Shown one piece after another: positions 9,201 through 17,097 of a DNA stretch of 64,000 nucleotides. The stretch comes from Minisyncoccia bacterium. GTDB taxonomy: Bacteria > Patescibacteriota > Minisyncoccia > Phycocordibacterales > UBA9973. Made by a program: the position numbers and the translations under genes. Within the stretch, counting starts at the first letter, position 1, and every line of letters begins with the position of its first letter. The stretch covers positions 2,339 to 66,338 of the forward strand of contig JBBRTD010000001.1 in NCBI GenBank assembly GCA_038244685.1. The letters run 5' to 3'. The notes under the pieces were generated by a model that worked only from the letters and a program-made list of their open reading frames with translations, had not been told where the DNA came from and searched no databases.

Positions 9201-10875
9201 AAAGCGATGAGATTTGACTATCTGAATCTTTTAAATTAAGTAAATCTCCACACGAAATAGCACTACTGTTGCCCATAGTAAAAAGATTCCAATTATAAAC
9301 TGAAGGTGAATAAGTTTTAGTATTTGTCGCGCCATTTGAATCGTTACAATTAACCAAAGTACTGATACCCTTTACGTTCACGTACCAAGTTCTAAGCGGC
9401 ACAACAATAGCATTAAGTCTAGAAGTAAAAGAAGTTTTGGCAGCTGAAGTTTGTAATAAATTACTATAGCCGCGAGCCACATCTATGTCTGATTTTCTTT
9501 TGCTTACTTCCGCAGCAGAAACAAGTGATTCAACCCGTGTAATATCATTCTTTGAATAAGAGTTTACACCCCAATCAATATTTATAAGTCCAGTTGTTTT
9601 ATTATCGGTATGAGAAGTAAAGTCAGTTCCATAATCTATACTAGAAATAGTCGCATCTGAATTAACAAGTAAAGATAGAGCATAGTTCCTTAAGCTAGCT
9701 GGCACATTGGTAACATCAAGACTAACCGTCAACTGATTGCCAACTAAGTTCTCCGTTATGACTGTATTTTGTTTTACCATCATGTAGTCATAAACTTCTT
9801 CAGCTCCAGCAACCCAAGCCTTATCATTTCCGAAACGTCCATAAGTATTCTCAACATGATCCATTAAACTTTTCCAGCTATTCCAAGTCATTCCACCATT
9901 CCAGTCAGGAGAATACGTACTTGTCGTTATTTGGTGAGTAAACTCTTGTGCCCAATATTTATTGGAACCTGTACTCATAGAAGCAAGCTGATCGACATGA
10001 TTATATAACCCACCAGGATACTCTCCAGTAGATAAATATCTGTATTCATTATCAAACCAACGTGGCATGACATGACGATTACTACTTATTGCATTACTGG
10101 CATTTGTAAATTCTGGAGCAACAGTAGTACTACCATCAAAAGTATATGTATTATCTTGAGCATATTCAGCATTAAAACCAAGATCAAAACCAGGCTGGAC
10201 ATAATTTTTATCACCATTCGGTAAAATAATTTGGGATACATTAAATGGAGTGGTAACTACTCCACTATTATTTTTTAAATTAAGATGAGAAGAAACATCC
10301 ACATTAAGTTGTGATAATTCGTATGAGTAATCAAGAGGTCCGACTGCGTGACCTCCAGGATCACCGCTGTAATATAATTTACCAGGATCATTAACGGGAA
10401 CTGTCGAAGAGGTGTAACCATGATTGAATATATCCCAGGCATTATCAATACTCTCTTGCAGCTGTGTCCATTTAACATAACTTGGAGTACTAACATGAAG
10501 ATCGCTATAACTAGAATTTCTACTATAAAAAGCATAACCTCCACGGAAAGGAACATTATTCCCTGTCCCATCAGTAAAATACAAACCACCAAAATACTGA
10601 CCCATATAATCAGAATAACCCCCATTCATATATTTGAATGCAGGATCATATCCAGCAGATAATCCATCGTCGAATGAATAACTGAAGGCAAAGTCTTTAT
10701 TATATTTTAAGCTTGATTTCGAAGCAGTAGCGGAAGTAGGAGTAGTATTAAAAGTTATAACTACTGTTTTAATATTACTCGCTTTTAAATTATGAAAAGG
10801 ATACCAAAATGTCGTTAGACAAAATAAAGCAAATACGATATATGAAGCCTTTTTCAATAATTTTATTTTAAACAT
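6220..10875 (-). CDS. giant secreted surface protein (1551 aa): signal peptide, N-terminal globular region, beta-sandwich module, 2 He_PIG Ig-like repeats, about 6.7 CHB_HEX_C-like repeats, Pro/Val linker, C-terminal peptidoglycan-binding (PG_binding_1) domain
   Basis: MFKIKLLKKASYIVFALFCL signal; ISPSLPSGLSFNTSTGVISGTP (putative Ig); G.YNS.QSVSLSS.GS.YIRY..D...P...S..Y.GPI.IS.S.T.Y.RACD.AGNSS repeated; C-term LKFGIKNNDVKILQLFL...LSLNGATNYFGKLTKLALSEWQKANKV. Confidence 0.85.
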   Translation of the reverse strand: MFKIKLLKKASYIVFALFCLTTFWYPFHNLKASNIKTVVITFNTTPTSATASKSSLKYNKDFAFSYSFDDGLSAGYDPAFKYMNGGYSDYMGQYFGGLYFTDGTGNNVPFRGGYAFYSRNSSYSDLHVSTPSYVKWTQLQESIDNAWDIFNHGYTSSTVPVNDPGKLYYSGDPGGHAVGPLDYSYELSQLNVDVSSHLNLKNNSGVVTTPFNVSQIILPNGDKNYVQPGFDLGFNAEYAQDNTYTFDGSTTVAPEFTNASNAISSNRHVMPRWFDNEYRYLSTGEYPGGLYNHVDQLASMSTGSNKYWAQEFTHQITTSTYSPDWNGGMTWNSWKSLMDHVENTYGRFGNDKAWVAGAEEVYDYMMVKQNTVITENLVGNQLTVSLDVTNVPASLRNYALSLLVNSDATISSIDYGTDFTSHTDNKTTGLINIDWGVNSYSKNDITRVESLVSAAEVSKRKSDIDVARGYSNLLQTSAAKTSFTSRLNAIVVPLRTWYVNVKGISTLVNCNDSNGATNTKTYSPSVYNWNLFTMGNSSAISCGDLLNLKDSDSQISSLSLSNTAPFKSGGLNGYTSGNNTGLYPDTVINENVQIYSSTTTPAKFKIYGLESMKTYNIKLFGSTSAVGATGNSAITLYTIGGQTKELIVKTNLTNTVEFLDVLPVSGEIEVTVAPKVAAWGYGFLNAFEIKENLLAAPSSLSYNSPNIYTKNNTITPLSPTVTGQGITYSISPSLPSGLSFNTSTGVISGTPTEIISSSNHTVTALNTGGSVNFGINISVNDVAPSSLSYNTPNLYTRGTIITPLSPTVTGQGITYSISPSLPAGLSLDEITGIISGTPTSINSLSTYTVTAQNTGGIITFGIEITVSDISIITPQALPLPGLYNSPQSVSISSTGSDYIKYATDAIPATCSLGTLYSGPINISSSQTIYARACNSVGNSSTSSFEYIIDTVSPEIPISSFTSGSYNTALSVSLSSIDSNYIKYSNASMPATCSLGTLYSGPVPVSSSSTLYVRACDDAGNSSTVSFAYVIDMVPPETPLSSVTPGIYNSVQSASLSSIGSDYIRYGLASMPATCSLGTLYSGSISISSSSTLYVRACDTAGNSTTSSFIYTIDTTEPLTPIASPLSGTFNSNQSISISASGSDSIRYDTSSMPADCSAGSLYSGPINISSSQTIYVRSCDVANNSSTSSFVYVIDTVSPSTPVSSVLPGIYNSNQSISLSSEGSSYIKYGTSIMPNDCSLGLNYSGEILMSSPGGTVYVRACDDAGNSSTASFIYNIDTTPPEIPLSSLTPKTYYSSQSVVLSSVGSNYIRYAIDATPSSCSSGILYAGAIAVSDSQTIYVRACDDAGNSSIASFAYIISAGGSGEVITTTYMKYSTVSMPVDCLDGTLYTQALSFTPAQKIYIRVCNSLNDSSISTFEYITPGSIGNTSGGGSSSGYRPPVVVSPVVPIAIISPVINPVEIKTTSNVEIIKVTKDLKFGIKNNDVKILQLFLIKENEGPNSRKLSLNGATNYFGKLTKLALSEWQKANKVYPSAGYFGSISRAKIKLLNL
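6601..8263 (-). repeat. about 6.7 tandem copies of a ~249-nt coding unit (CHB_HEX_C-like domain repeats) inside the giant gene
   Basis: Recurring nt blocks e.g. atcacaagcgcgaacataaag...ggaccagaatataatgtaccaagagagcaagtggc at ~6841, 7081, 7340, 7580, 7826, 8078; boundaries estimated from protein repeat lengths. Confidence 0.7.
8264..8797 (-). repeat. two tandem ~260-nt coding units (He_PIG putative-Ig domain repeats)
   Basis: ggagatatagaataagtaattccctgtcctgttactgttggagaaagaggagtaat occurs twice about 250 nt apart (8440-8480, 8690-8735). Confidence 0.7.
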
Positions 10876-10958
10876 TTTATGTTAAATATCTTTAGTAACA
10901 ATCTTTTCATTGTAACACAAATAAAAAAACCACCCACCTTGACGGATGAATGGTTTTA

Positions 10959-11171
10959 TTAGTTTGATCCGACGTAAACAGTGTCGGGCTCAATTTGAAG
11001 GAAGAATAGAACCATCTTTGGTTTAAGATTTATAAAAATCCTAACTTCACCAAAAATTTTTTCATCAAGAAAGTCTTCTGTCTTATTTTGACTTTTCATT
11101 TCTTGATATTTATTTTTCACTAATTCTTCGTTTATCATTTTTCCAATTTTAATTCTCTTATATAATACCAT
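10959..11171 (-). CDS. small hypothetical protein (70 aa)
   Basis: ORF only; lies between kinase-like gene and giant gene; hairpin + T-run at 10921-10960 on the minus strand could terminate it. Confidence 0.3.
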   Translation of the reverse strand: MVLYKRIKIGKMINEELVKNKYQEMKSQNKTEDFLDEKIFGEVRIFINLKPKMVLFFLQIEPDTVYVGSN

Positions 11172-11192
11172 TAATTTAAGATAAAGTCAATA

Positions 11193-11876
11193 CTACTCGG
11201 TCATAAACTTTTTTAACTCAGCTTTAATATTTTTAACCATTTTAAGATCATCCTTAAAATAGCCATTAACTAAAGTATAATTCCCTGCTTTCTCATTATA
11301 CATACTAACACTTTCTTCATATGTGAAGTCACTACCTGTTCCTTCCGTCGCTGTCCCAAAATCAATTATAACCGATAAGCCTTCACTATCTATCATAACA
11401 TTACCTTCGTGCAAATCTCTATGATAAATACCACCATTATGCATTTTAGCAATCTGATCATCTAAAGATTTACAAAAAGTTCGATAATTAAATTTCTTTG
11501 GAAGTAATTCATTGTTTTTTGATATGTCTCTGACACTATATCCATTTATTCTCTCCATAACAAGGTACTCACCTTCTTCTGTCTTTAAAGAAATTAAAGT
11601 GAGCGGTGTATTAACACCTAACTTCCTTACCTTCATTTGGTATTCATGCTCTTTATCCATATCATTATAGATAATTTGTGGCTTTTCTTTAAGTTTCTTA
11701 AAACAAATTTTTTCAAATGGAGTTCCTTCTGCTACGTAGACATCAGCATTCCCACCCTCTCCAATTGAGACAAATTTTGTTTCAAGGTTTTCTCGAATAC
11801 ACTCTCCTAATTCATAGGTTTCCTTTGTATCGATTATTTTCTCTATTGTTTTTATGTGAAAATTTCTATTTTCCAT
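11193..11876 (-). CDS. atypical small protein kinase (Bud32/RIO/Kdo-kinase-like eukaryotic-type kinase fold)
   Basis: Gly-rich loop IGEGGNADVY, beta3 Lys in ICFKKL, catalytic loop HRDLHEGNVMID, DFG as IIDFG; no activation-segment APE; 227 aa. Confidence 0.65.
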   Translation of the reverse strand: MENRNFHIKTIEKIIDTKETYELGECIRENLETKFVSIGEGGNADVYVAEGTPFEKICFKKLKEKPQIIYNDMDKEHEYQMKVRKLGVNTPLTLISLKTEEGEYLVMERINGYSVRDISKNNELLPKKFNYRTFCKSLDDQIAKMHNGGIYHRDLHEGNVMIDSEGLSVIIDFGTATEGTGSDFTYEESVSMYNEKAGNYTLVNGYFKDDLKMVKNIKAELKKFMTE

Positions 11877-11892
11877 ATTGTGATAATAACAC

Positions 11893-12783
11893 TTATCTAT
11901 TAAGAGAACTAACCTTAATAAGGCTTAATTTAAAAGTTAATTGTTTTATAAAATGAACAATAGCAATTGCTCCAAGAACAAGTGGTGTCCAACCAATGAA
12001 AACAGATAGCGGTATATGAAAAATACTTATATAAGAAAATGGAACCTTTAGATATTTCCATTCTCCTCCAAATAAATTAATTATTTCTGTAAAGCCTGCT
12101 CCGAGTATTATCGTTGCAAAAATAGCTATCATGTGAGGAAGGTTGAAATGAATTATTTTTATGAAAGTTGGATGGCCACCTAAGACGCCTGTTAATCCAT
12201 CCGAAACAACAATCATTCCAATAAATGGGAAGATCATAAAGTATTCTATAAAAGAAGAAGTATTCAAGATGAAAGTATAAAGAGGTATAAACATAAAAAT
12301 AATACCAACCACTACAATTTTCCAATATGTGTTCGTGGATATCTTATCTTCAAAATTATACTTTTTATCTTTTATAATAAACTTAGATACAATACTTCTT
12401 ACAACGCGGAATAATTCATACATTCCTAATACATATGAAATATTCATGAATAGATACATTCTTATAAAATGAATAGTTTGATAGTCTGTCCATTGCCACA
12501 TACCAGACAAGCGAACTCCGTATACATAATCAACTAGAAAACAGAAAATAGAAGAGACAATAAAAAACATAATAAAAATCTTGCGGTGTTCATGGTTGTA
12601 AAAATAAGCGAGAATGGACTTCTTCGTGAGCTTCCAGTCTATGAAATCCAATATTAAAAAACCACCAAAGGCAAAAGCTGTATAAAAATGTGGATAATGA
12701 AAAAAGATAGCTGACACCACGGCCGGAACCCAGAAAATAAGACCTGTAATCAATGAGAGATAGTGAAGTTTTTTATTATGCAT
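11893..12783 (-). CDS. polytopic integral membrane protein (296 aa), unknown function
   Basis: About 8 hydrophobic helices; 16-nt gap to the kinase-like gene. Confidence 0.6.
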   Translation of the reverse strand: MHNKKLHYLSLITGLIFWVPAVVSAIFFHYPHFYTAFAFGGFLILDFIDWKLTKKSILAYFYNHEHRKIFIMFFIVSSIFCFLVDYVYGVRLSGMWQWTDYQTIHFIRMYLFMNISYVLGMYELFRVVRSIVSKFIIKDKKYNFEDKISTNTYWKIVVVGIIFMFIPLYTFILNTSSFIEYFMIFPFIGMIVVSDGLTGVLGGHPTFIKIIHFNLPHMIAIFATIILGAGFTEIINLFGGEWKYLKVPFSYISIFHIPLSVFIGWTPLVLGAIAIVHFIKQLTFKLSLIKVSSLNR

Positions 12784-12802
12784 AATTTATAATATAGATT
12801 AA

Positions 12803-14275
12803 TTATTTATCTAAATCAAGATTTTCATCTATGCGAATTTGGGCCACGAAATCAGGAATATGAGAAACAAGAATCATTGCTCCTTGATAATCATTCAAGG
12901 CTTTTGCAATAACTGGCAAATGACGGAAATTTATATGGTTTGTAGGCTCATCTAAAATGAGAAGCCCAGGGCGAGTTAAAACAAGCTTGGCAAAAGCTAC
13001 AAGACCCTTCTGCCCTTCTGAAAGACTACCAATTCTAGTATGTATCATATCTCCCACAATAAGAAATCCTGCTGCTGTCGCACGGATACTCTCTTCGTGA
13101 ACTCTTCCGCTTACCTTTCTTGTTGTTTCAGCTAAAGATTCAAAAACAGTATGATTAAAATCAAGAGTCGAAAAATCTTGGCGATAGTAACCAACACGAA
13201 CATCAGGAGAAATAATAGCTCCTTCTTCTTTACGACTAGAAATTAATTCAAGTAATGTACTTTTCCCTATTCCGTTTGGACCAGACAAAAGAAGGTGTTT
13301 ATTCTTTCTTAATTTTATACTGACTTTTAGCTTTTTAATTTTTTGATCTTTAAAGATTGAAACAGAAGAGAAAGTTACAATGTCCCCTAATATATCCTCT
13401 TGGGCAGGAATGACAAAAGGACGAATCGTTTTATCCTCTTTTCTAACATCAACTTTTTCCTCTTCTAATGTTTCAGCTAGTTCGCGCATACGTTTTGCTA
13501 CAGCACGCAAATTTCCTCCTTTCATTGCAAAGGCATTAGCTTGATCTTTCTTAGCTTGAATCTCTTTTGACAACATTGCATTCTTGCGATTTTCACGCTC
13601 CATTCGAGCTGTAATTTGATCTCTTACATCTGTATAGTTACCAACATATTGCTCAATTTTACGTGTAAAAATATCCAAGTAAAGAACTGCATCTGTAAAT
13701 GAATTCAAAAAGTGAGCATCATGAGAAATAACAATAACTGTCTTTTTGTATTTTACAAGGAAGTCAGTTAGATAAGCGATGCCTGCTTTATCAAGATTAT
13801 TTGTTGGTTCATCTAAGAGTAATATATCTGGCTCTTGAATTAAAGCAGAGGCAAGCAAAAGTCGAGCTTGCTGCCCTCCTGAGAAAGAGCGCACAATTCT
13901 TTCGTGTACTTTTGCATGACCTTTTAAATTTACGATAGTAAGAACGTCATCAATTCGAGGATCAATATCATATACTTTTTCTGAGAAACACTTCTCGAAA
14001 AATTCCCGAACAGTTAAATCAAGTTCATCTCGAGGTATCACCTGACGAGACAAAGCAATAGTAGTTCTCTGCGCTAAGTTGATTTTACCTTCTTCTGGAA
14101 GTCTTTCTCCTGTTATTAGTGAAAATAGTGTACTTTTCCCTGCCCCATTCTGTCCCATAATTGTAACTTTCATTCCACGGCGCACAGAAAAATCAACATT
14201 GTCTAATATTGTTTTATTGTGCCCATATTCAAAAGAAACTTTTTCAAAACGTATTACTACTTCTCCGTGAGCCAT
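12803..14275 (-). CDS. ABC-F family ATPase (two NBDs, no TMD; EttA-like translation factor class)
   Basis: Walker A GQNGAGKST and GPNGIGKST, signatures LSGGQQARL and LSEGQKGLV, inter-domain linker beginning QYVGNYTDV. Confidence 0.85.
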   Translation of the reverse strand: MAHGEVVIRFEKVSFEYGHNKTILDNVDFSVRRGMKVTIMGQNGAGKSTLFSLITGERLPEEGKINLAQRTTIALSRQVIPRDELDLTVREFFEKCFSEKVYDIDPRIDDVLTIVNLKGHAKVHERIVRSFSGGQQARLLLASALIQEPDILLLDEPTNNLDKAGIAYLTDFLVKYKKTVIVISHDAHFLNSFTDAVLYLDIFTRKIEQYVGNYTDVRDQITARMERENRKNAMLSKEIQAKKDQANAFAMKGGNLRAVAKRMRELAETLEEEKVDVRKEDKTIRPFVIPAQEDILGDIVTFSSVSIFKDQKIKKLKVSIKLRKNKHLLLSGPNGIGKSTLLELISSRKEEGAIISPDVRVGYYRQDFSTLDFNHTVFESLAETTRKVSGRVHEESIRATAAGFLIVGDMIHTRIGSLSEGQKGLVAFAKLVLTRPGLLILDEPTNHINFRHLPVIAKALNDYQGAMILVSHIPDFVAQIRIDENLDLDK

Positions 14276-14321
14276 ATAGTTTATTACTTTACATCATTTT
14301 AGATTAAATAGAAAGGAAAAC

Positions 14322-14900
14322 TTATTTAAGTCTTAAAGTATTCTCTTTAAGACTATTCCTAACTTCTTTATAGTCAGGCATTGAAAGAGATACTAACTCC
14401 CAAAATTTATGAGAATGATTGAACTCGCCCAAGTGGCATAACTCATGAATGATAATATAATCGGCAGATTTAGTAGGAAGTAAGGCAATTTTATAGTTAA
14501 AATTTAGATTACCCTTTCTCGAGCAACTTCCCCAACGAGTTTTTTGATTTTTAATAAAAATCTTATTCCACTTATGATTATAAAATTTATTAAAATAGTC
14601 TATTCTATCCTCTACTATCTTAAGAGCCTCATCTTTATATTTTAAATAATCATCTCTCTCTTCTTTTCTGGTCTTAAAAACAACTCCTTTAAAATTTAAG
14701 AAATACTCAATTTTACTTATAAGCCAAGCTGACTTTTGAATTAGAAATCTTTCGATAATAGACTGAGGTACTCCTCTTGGGGTTGTAACAATACAACGTC
14801 CATCGTGGTGGACAGATAATCTCATATACTTTGCGCGTCTACTCACCTTTAAAGTGTAATCAATATTCCCCTTATCAAGTTTTATTGACCTCTCAATCAT
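14322..14900 (-). CDS. DUF45/YgjP-like (WLM/SprT-type) zinc metallopeptidase
   Basis: HELCHLGEFNHSHKFW motif (HExxH...NHS..FW). Confidence 0.75.
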   Translation of the reverse strand: MIERSIKLDKGNIDYTLKVSRRAKYMRLSVHHDGRCIVTTPRGVPQSIIERFLIQKSAWLISKIEYFLNFKGVVFKTRKEERDDYLKYKDEALKIVEDRIDYFNKFYNHKWNKIFIKNQKTRWGSCSRKGNLNFNYKIALLPTKSADYIIIHELCHLGEFNHSHKFWELVSLSMPDYKEVRNSLKENTLRLK

Positions 14901-15235
14901 TATTTAGTATCTAGAATCTTAACCGATCTACTGATAACAACAAAACCATAAGCCCAAAGAAATGGCAACCAAATAGGCATCAAACCAAAAAGTGTATTTC
15001 TAGTAAATGTCTCTACTCCTGTGCTTATAAATATACTTTCACTGATTATCATTGAAAAGAAACCAAATATAAATATAATAATTTCATTTTTAGTAGCCTT
15101 AATTAGCCTTAAAAAATAAATAATAATTACTACATAGAAAAAAGTAAGAATGTAATCATTTTTAATAATAGGTATTAAGGCAATCATTATTAATACAGGT
15201 ATAGTATTTGAAAATATTTTTTTTGCTTTATTCAT
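14900..15235 (-). CDS. small membrane protein (111 aa)
   Basis: 3 hydrophobic helices; stop overlaps start of DUF45 gene by 1 nt. Confidence 0.5.
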   Translation of the reverse strand: MNKAKKIFSNTIPVLIMIALIPIIKNDYILTFFYVVIIIYFLRLIKATKNEIIIFIFGFFSMIISESIFISTGVETFTRNTLFGLMPIWLPFLWAYGFVVISRSVKILDTK

Positions 15236-15243
15236 ATCTAAAA

Positions 15244-15861
15244 TTATAGCATATTTGAAACCTTTCTATTTCCAGATAAGATAACAATTAGTAAAATTAG
15301 GGTGTCAAAAATAAATAAATATAATGGGTACAAGAATTCTGTTATGACGTAGCTTCCTACAGCAAATAAACTCAATAGTCCTGCTATGGAACATGAAAGC
15401 CAAGCTAAATATGTCTCTGATTTTGGATTTTTATAAGCTTTAATAATAGTTGGAATACCAAAGAATAAGTCAGCAAATACTGCACATAAAATAGCGATAA
15501 TCGGTAAATTGAATGTTTGCCAGAGAATAATACCCAATATACCTAAACCAAAAAATATATAATCATAAATAGTTGTAGACCAAATTCCAACTTTTTTATA
15601 AATTGAATAAAAAACAACAATCAGGCAAGACAAACTATTGGCAAATAATATTACAACTGACCAGCTAAAACCGGAAGCTATCATAGCAATAGCTCCAGTA
15701 AAAGTTATAAATGACCATCCGAGCCAAGAAAGATTATGCGGGTATATTTCTTTTTTGTGAATCTCAAGAAAATACGGAATTAAACCCGCAAAAGTAAAAA
15801 AAGCAGATAATATTCCAAATGTTGCCTTAAGTTCCATATAAAAATATTCTAACATAAACAA
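15244..15861 (-). CDS. polytopic membrane protein (205 aa)
   Basis: About 6 hydrophobic helices, 8 nt upstream of the next membrane gene. Confidence 0.5.
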   Translation of the reverse strand: MFMLEYFYMELKATFGILSAFFTFAGLIPYFLEIHKKEIYPHNLSWLGWSFITFTGAIAMIASGFSWSVVILFANSLSCLIVVFYSIYKKVGIWSTTIYDYIFFGLGILGIILWQTFNLPIIAILCAVFADLFFGIPTIIKAYKNPKSETYLAWLSCSIAGLLSLFAVGSYVITEFLYPLYLFIFDTLILLIVILSGNRKVSNML

Positions 15862-15920
15862 AAAAGATGTTGTACATCCTTTAGAATGACAACATCTTTT
15901 TTGTTTATAATTTAATTAAA

Positions 15921-16493
15921 TTACTTTTTCTTTGCTACTACCTTCTTTACTTCTACCTTTTTAGCAGGAGCTTTTGCGGCAATAACTTTCTTGATAGCGG
16001 CCTTAGCAACTGGAGCTTTTTTAACTTCTACCTTAGCTACAACTGGAGCTACCTTAAGAGCTGGTGTTGATACTACCTTAGGTTGTGAAAGCTTTTCGAT
16101 TGCGTTTATTAAACGATCAAGTTTACTGTTCATTTCTCCTAACTGCTTCTTTGTATCATCTGATATTGTTGGTCCTACTGATACTGGTTTTGCAAATGAA
16201 GATTGTGCAGGTCTGTCATTAAAATCTCTTTTTGGAGCACGGTCGTTAAATTCACGACGTGGAGCTTCATTGCCTCTTTTATCTCCAAAACATTCACTAC
16301 AGTATATTGGTTTATCACCTGATGGACGGAAAGGAACTTCACAATTCTTGTGACATTCATCACAAACAGCCTTATGCATTGTAACTGGACCTCTATCACC
16401 ACCTCTATTACCTCCAAAACTTGGACGACCGCCGCCGCCATTTCCTCCTCTAAAACCTCCCCCTCTATTACCTCCTCCTTGAAAATTTCCCAT
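15921..16493 (-). CDS. RGG-box / CxxC-x17-CxxC zinc-ribbon / Lys-Ala-rich (H1-like) tail protein, probable nucleic-acid binder
   Basis: N-term GGGNRGGGFRGGNGGGGRPSFGGNRGGDRG; CDEC-x17-CSEC exactly; tandem REFNDRAPK/RDFNDRPAQ; C-term KKAPVAKAAIKKVIAAKAPAKKVEVKKVVAKKK. Confidence 0.7.
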   Translation of the reverse strand: MGNFQGGGNRGGGFRGGNGGGGRPSFGGNRGGDRGPVTMHKAVCDECHKNCEVPFRPSGDKPIYCSECFGDKRGNEAPRREFNDRAPKRDFNDRPAQSSFAKPVSVGPTISDDTKKQLGEMNSKLDRLINAIEKLSQPKVVSTPALKVAPVVAKVEVKKAPVAKAAIKKVIAAKAPAKKVEVKKVVAKKK

Positions 16494-16582
16494 AAAATTA
16501 TATTTATTACCTGACCTATACTAGACAAGTGATTATTATTATGTAGCAATACTATCCTTTTTGTGCTTAAAATGCAAGAGCT

Positions 16583-16622
16583 AAAACAAAAAAATCCCTT
16601 AGACTTTCGCCATAAGGGATTT
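16583..16622 (-). terminator. intrinsic terminator (atccctta...taagggat + T-run on minus strand)
   Basis: 8-bp stem 16594-16620 with A-run 16585-16593 on plus strand. Confidence 0.6.
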
Positions 16623-16638
16623 CCGCGTAAAAATATTA

Positions 16639-16752
16639 TTAGATAACCATTGGTTCATCTGCTGGTACTTCTACTACTGGAACTTCATCTGTAGGAACAG
16701 GTTCTTCAAAAGTTATTCCTTCTGATTCTTCTACTTTTATTTCTTCGTCCAT
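16639..16752 (-). CDS. candidate small acidic protein (37 aa, MDEEIKVEESEGITFEEPVPTDEVPVVEVPADEPMVI)
   Basis: Not in ORF track (below length cut-off); immediately followed by an intrinsic terminator; no obvious SD. Confidence 0.2.
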   Translation of the reverse strand: MDEEIKVEESEGITFEEPVPTDEVPVVEVPADEPMVI

Positions 16753-16848
16753 AAAAAATATTTATTAAAATTAAATTACAATAAAATACTCTCCTAGCAT
16801 ACTATACATAGCACGTACGTGCAAATTTAATGTAAGACACGAAAAATA

Positions 16849-17097
16849 TTATTCATATTTTTCTATTAAAGATAATTTTTCTTTCCTATCCATTCTTTTA
16901 ATAACACACTCTCTTGCTCTAGCTTCTTTTAAGGTTTTAAAATTTTCCGAATATTTTAAAATTACAGGACGTCGAATCTTTGTATAATGTGCCCCGTTTT
17001 TTAAATTGTTGTGTTGATGTAACCTTTTCTCTAAATCATTCGTTGAACCAACGTAAAGAGTTTTATCGGAACACTCAAGGATATAAGTGTAATTCAT
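16849..17097 (-). CDS. GIY-YIG nuclease family protein (stand-alone, 82 aa)
   Basis: YTYILECSDKTLYVGSTNDLEKRLHQH. Confidence 0.85.
   Translation of the reverse strand: MNYTYILECSDKTLYVGSTNDLEKRLHQHNNLKNGAHYTKIRRPVILKYSENFKTLKEARARECVIKRMDRKEKLSLIEKYE

Noticed and set aside
6425-10662. Plus-strand ORFs inside the giant gene (6425-6670, 6676-6900, 10420-10662) and minus ORF 10275-10625
   Set aside because: Contained within the 4.6-kb giant ORF, whose frame is supported by domain repeats throughout
9500-10800. Polysaccharide deacetylase (NodB) domain at the N-terminus of the giant protein because of FAFSYSFDDG
   Set aside because: Only the FDDG-like motif is present. The downstream His-containing NodB motifs (H-x3-H etc.) were not found, so the call is unsupported
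15991-16549. ORFs 15991-16353 (+) and 16175-16549 (-) overlapping the CxxC gene
   Set aside because: They overlap the well-supported RGG/CxxC ORF, and their composition mirrors its Gly/Ala/Lys codons in the wrong frame or strand
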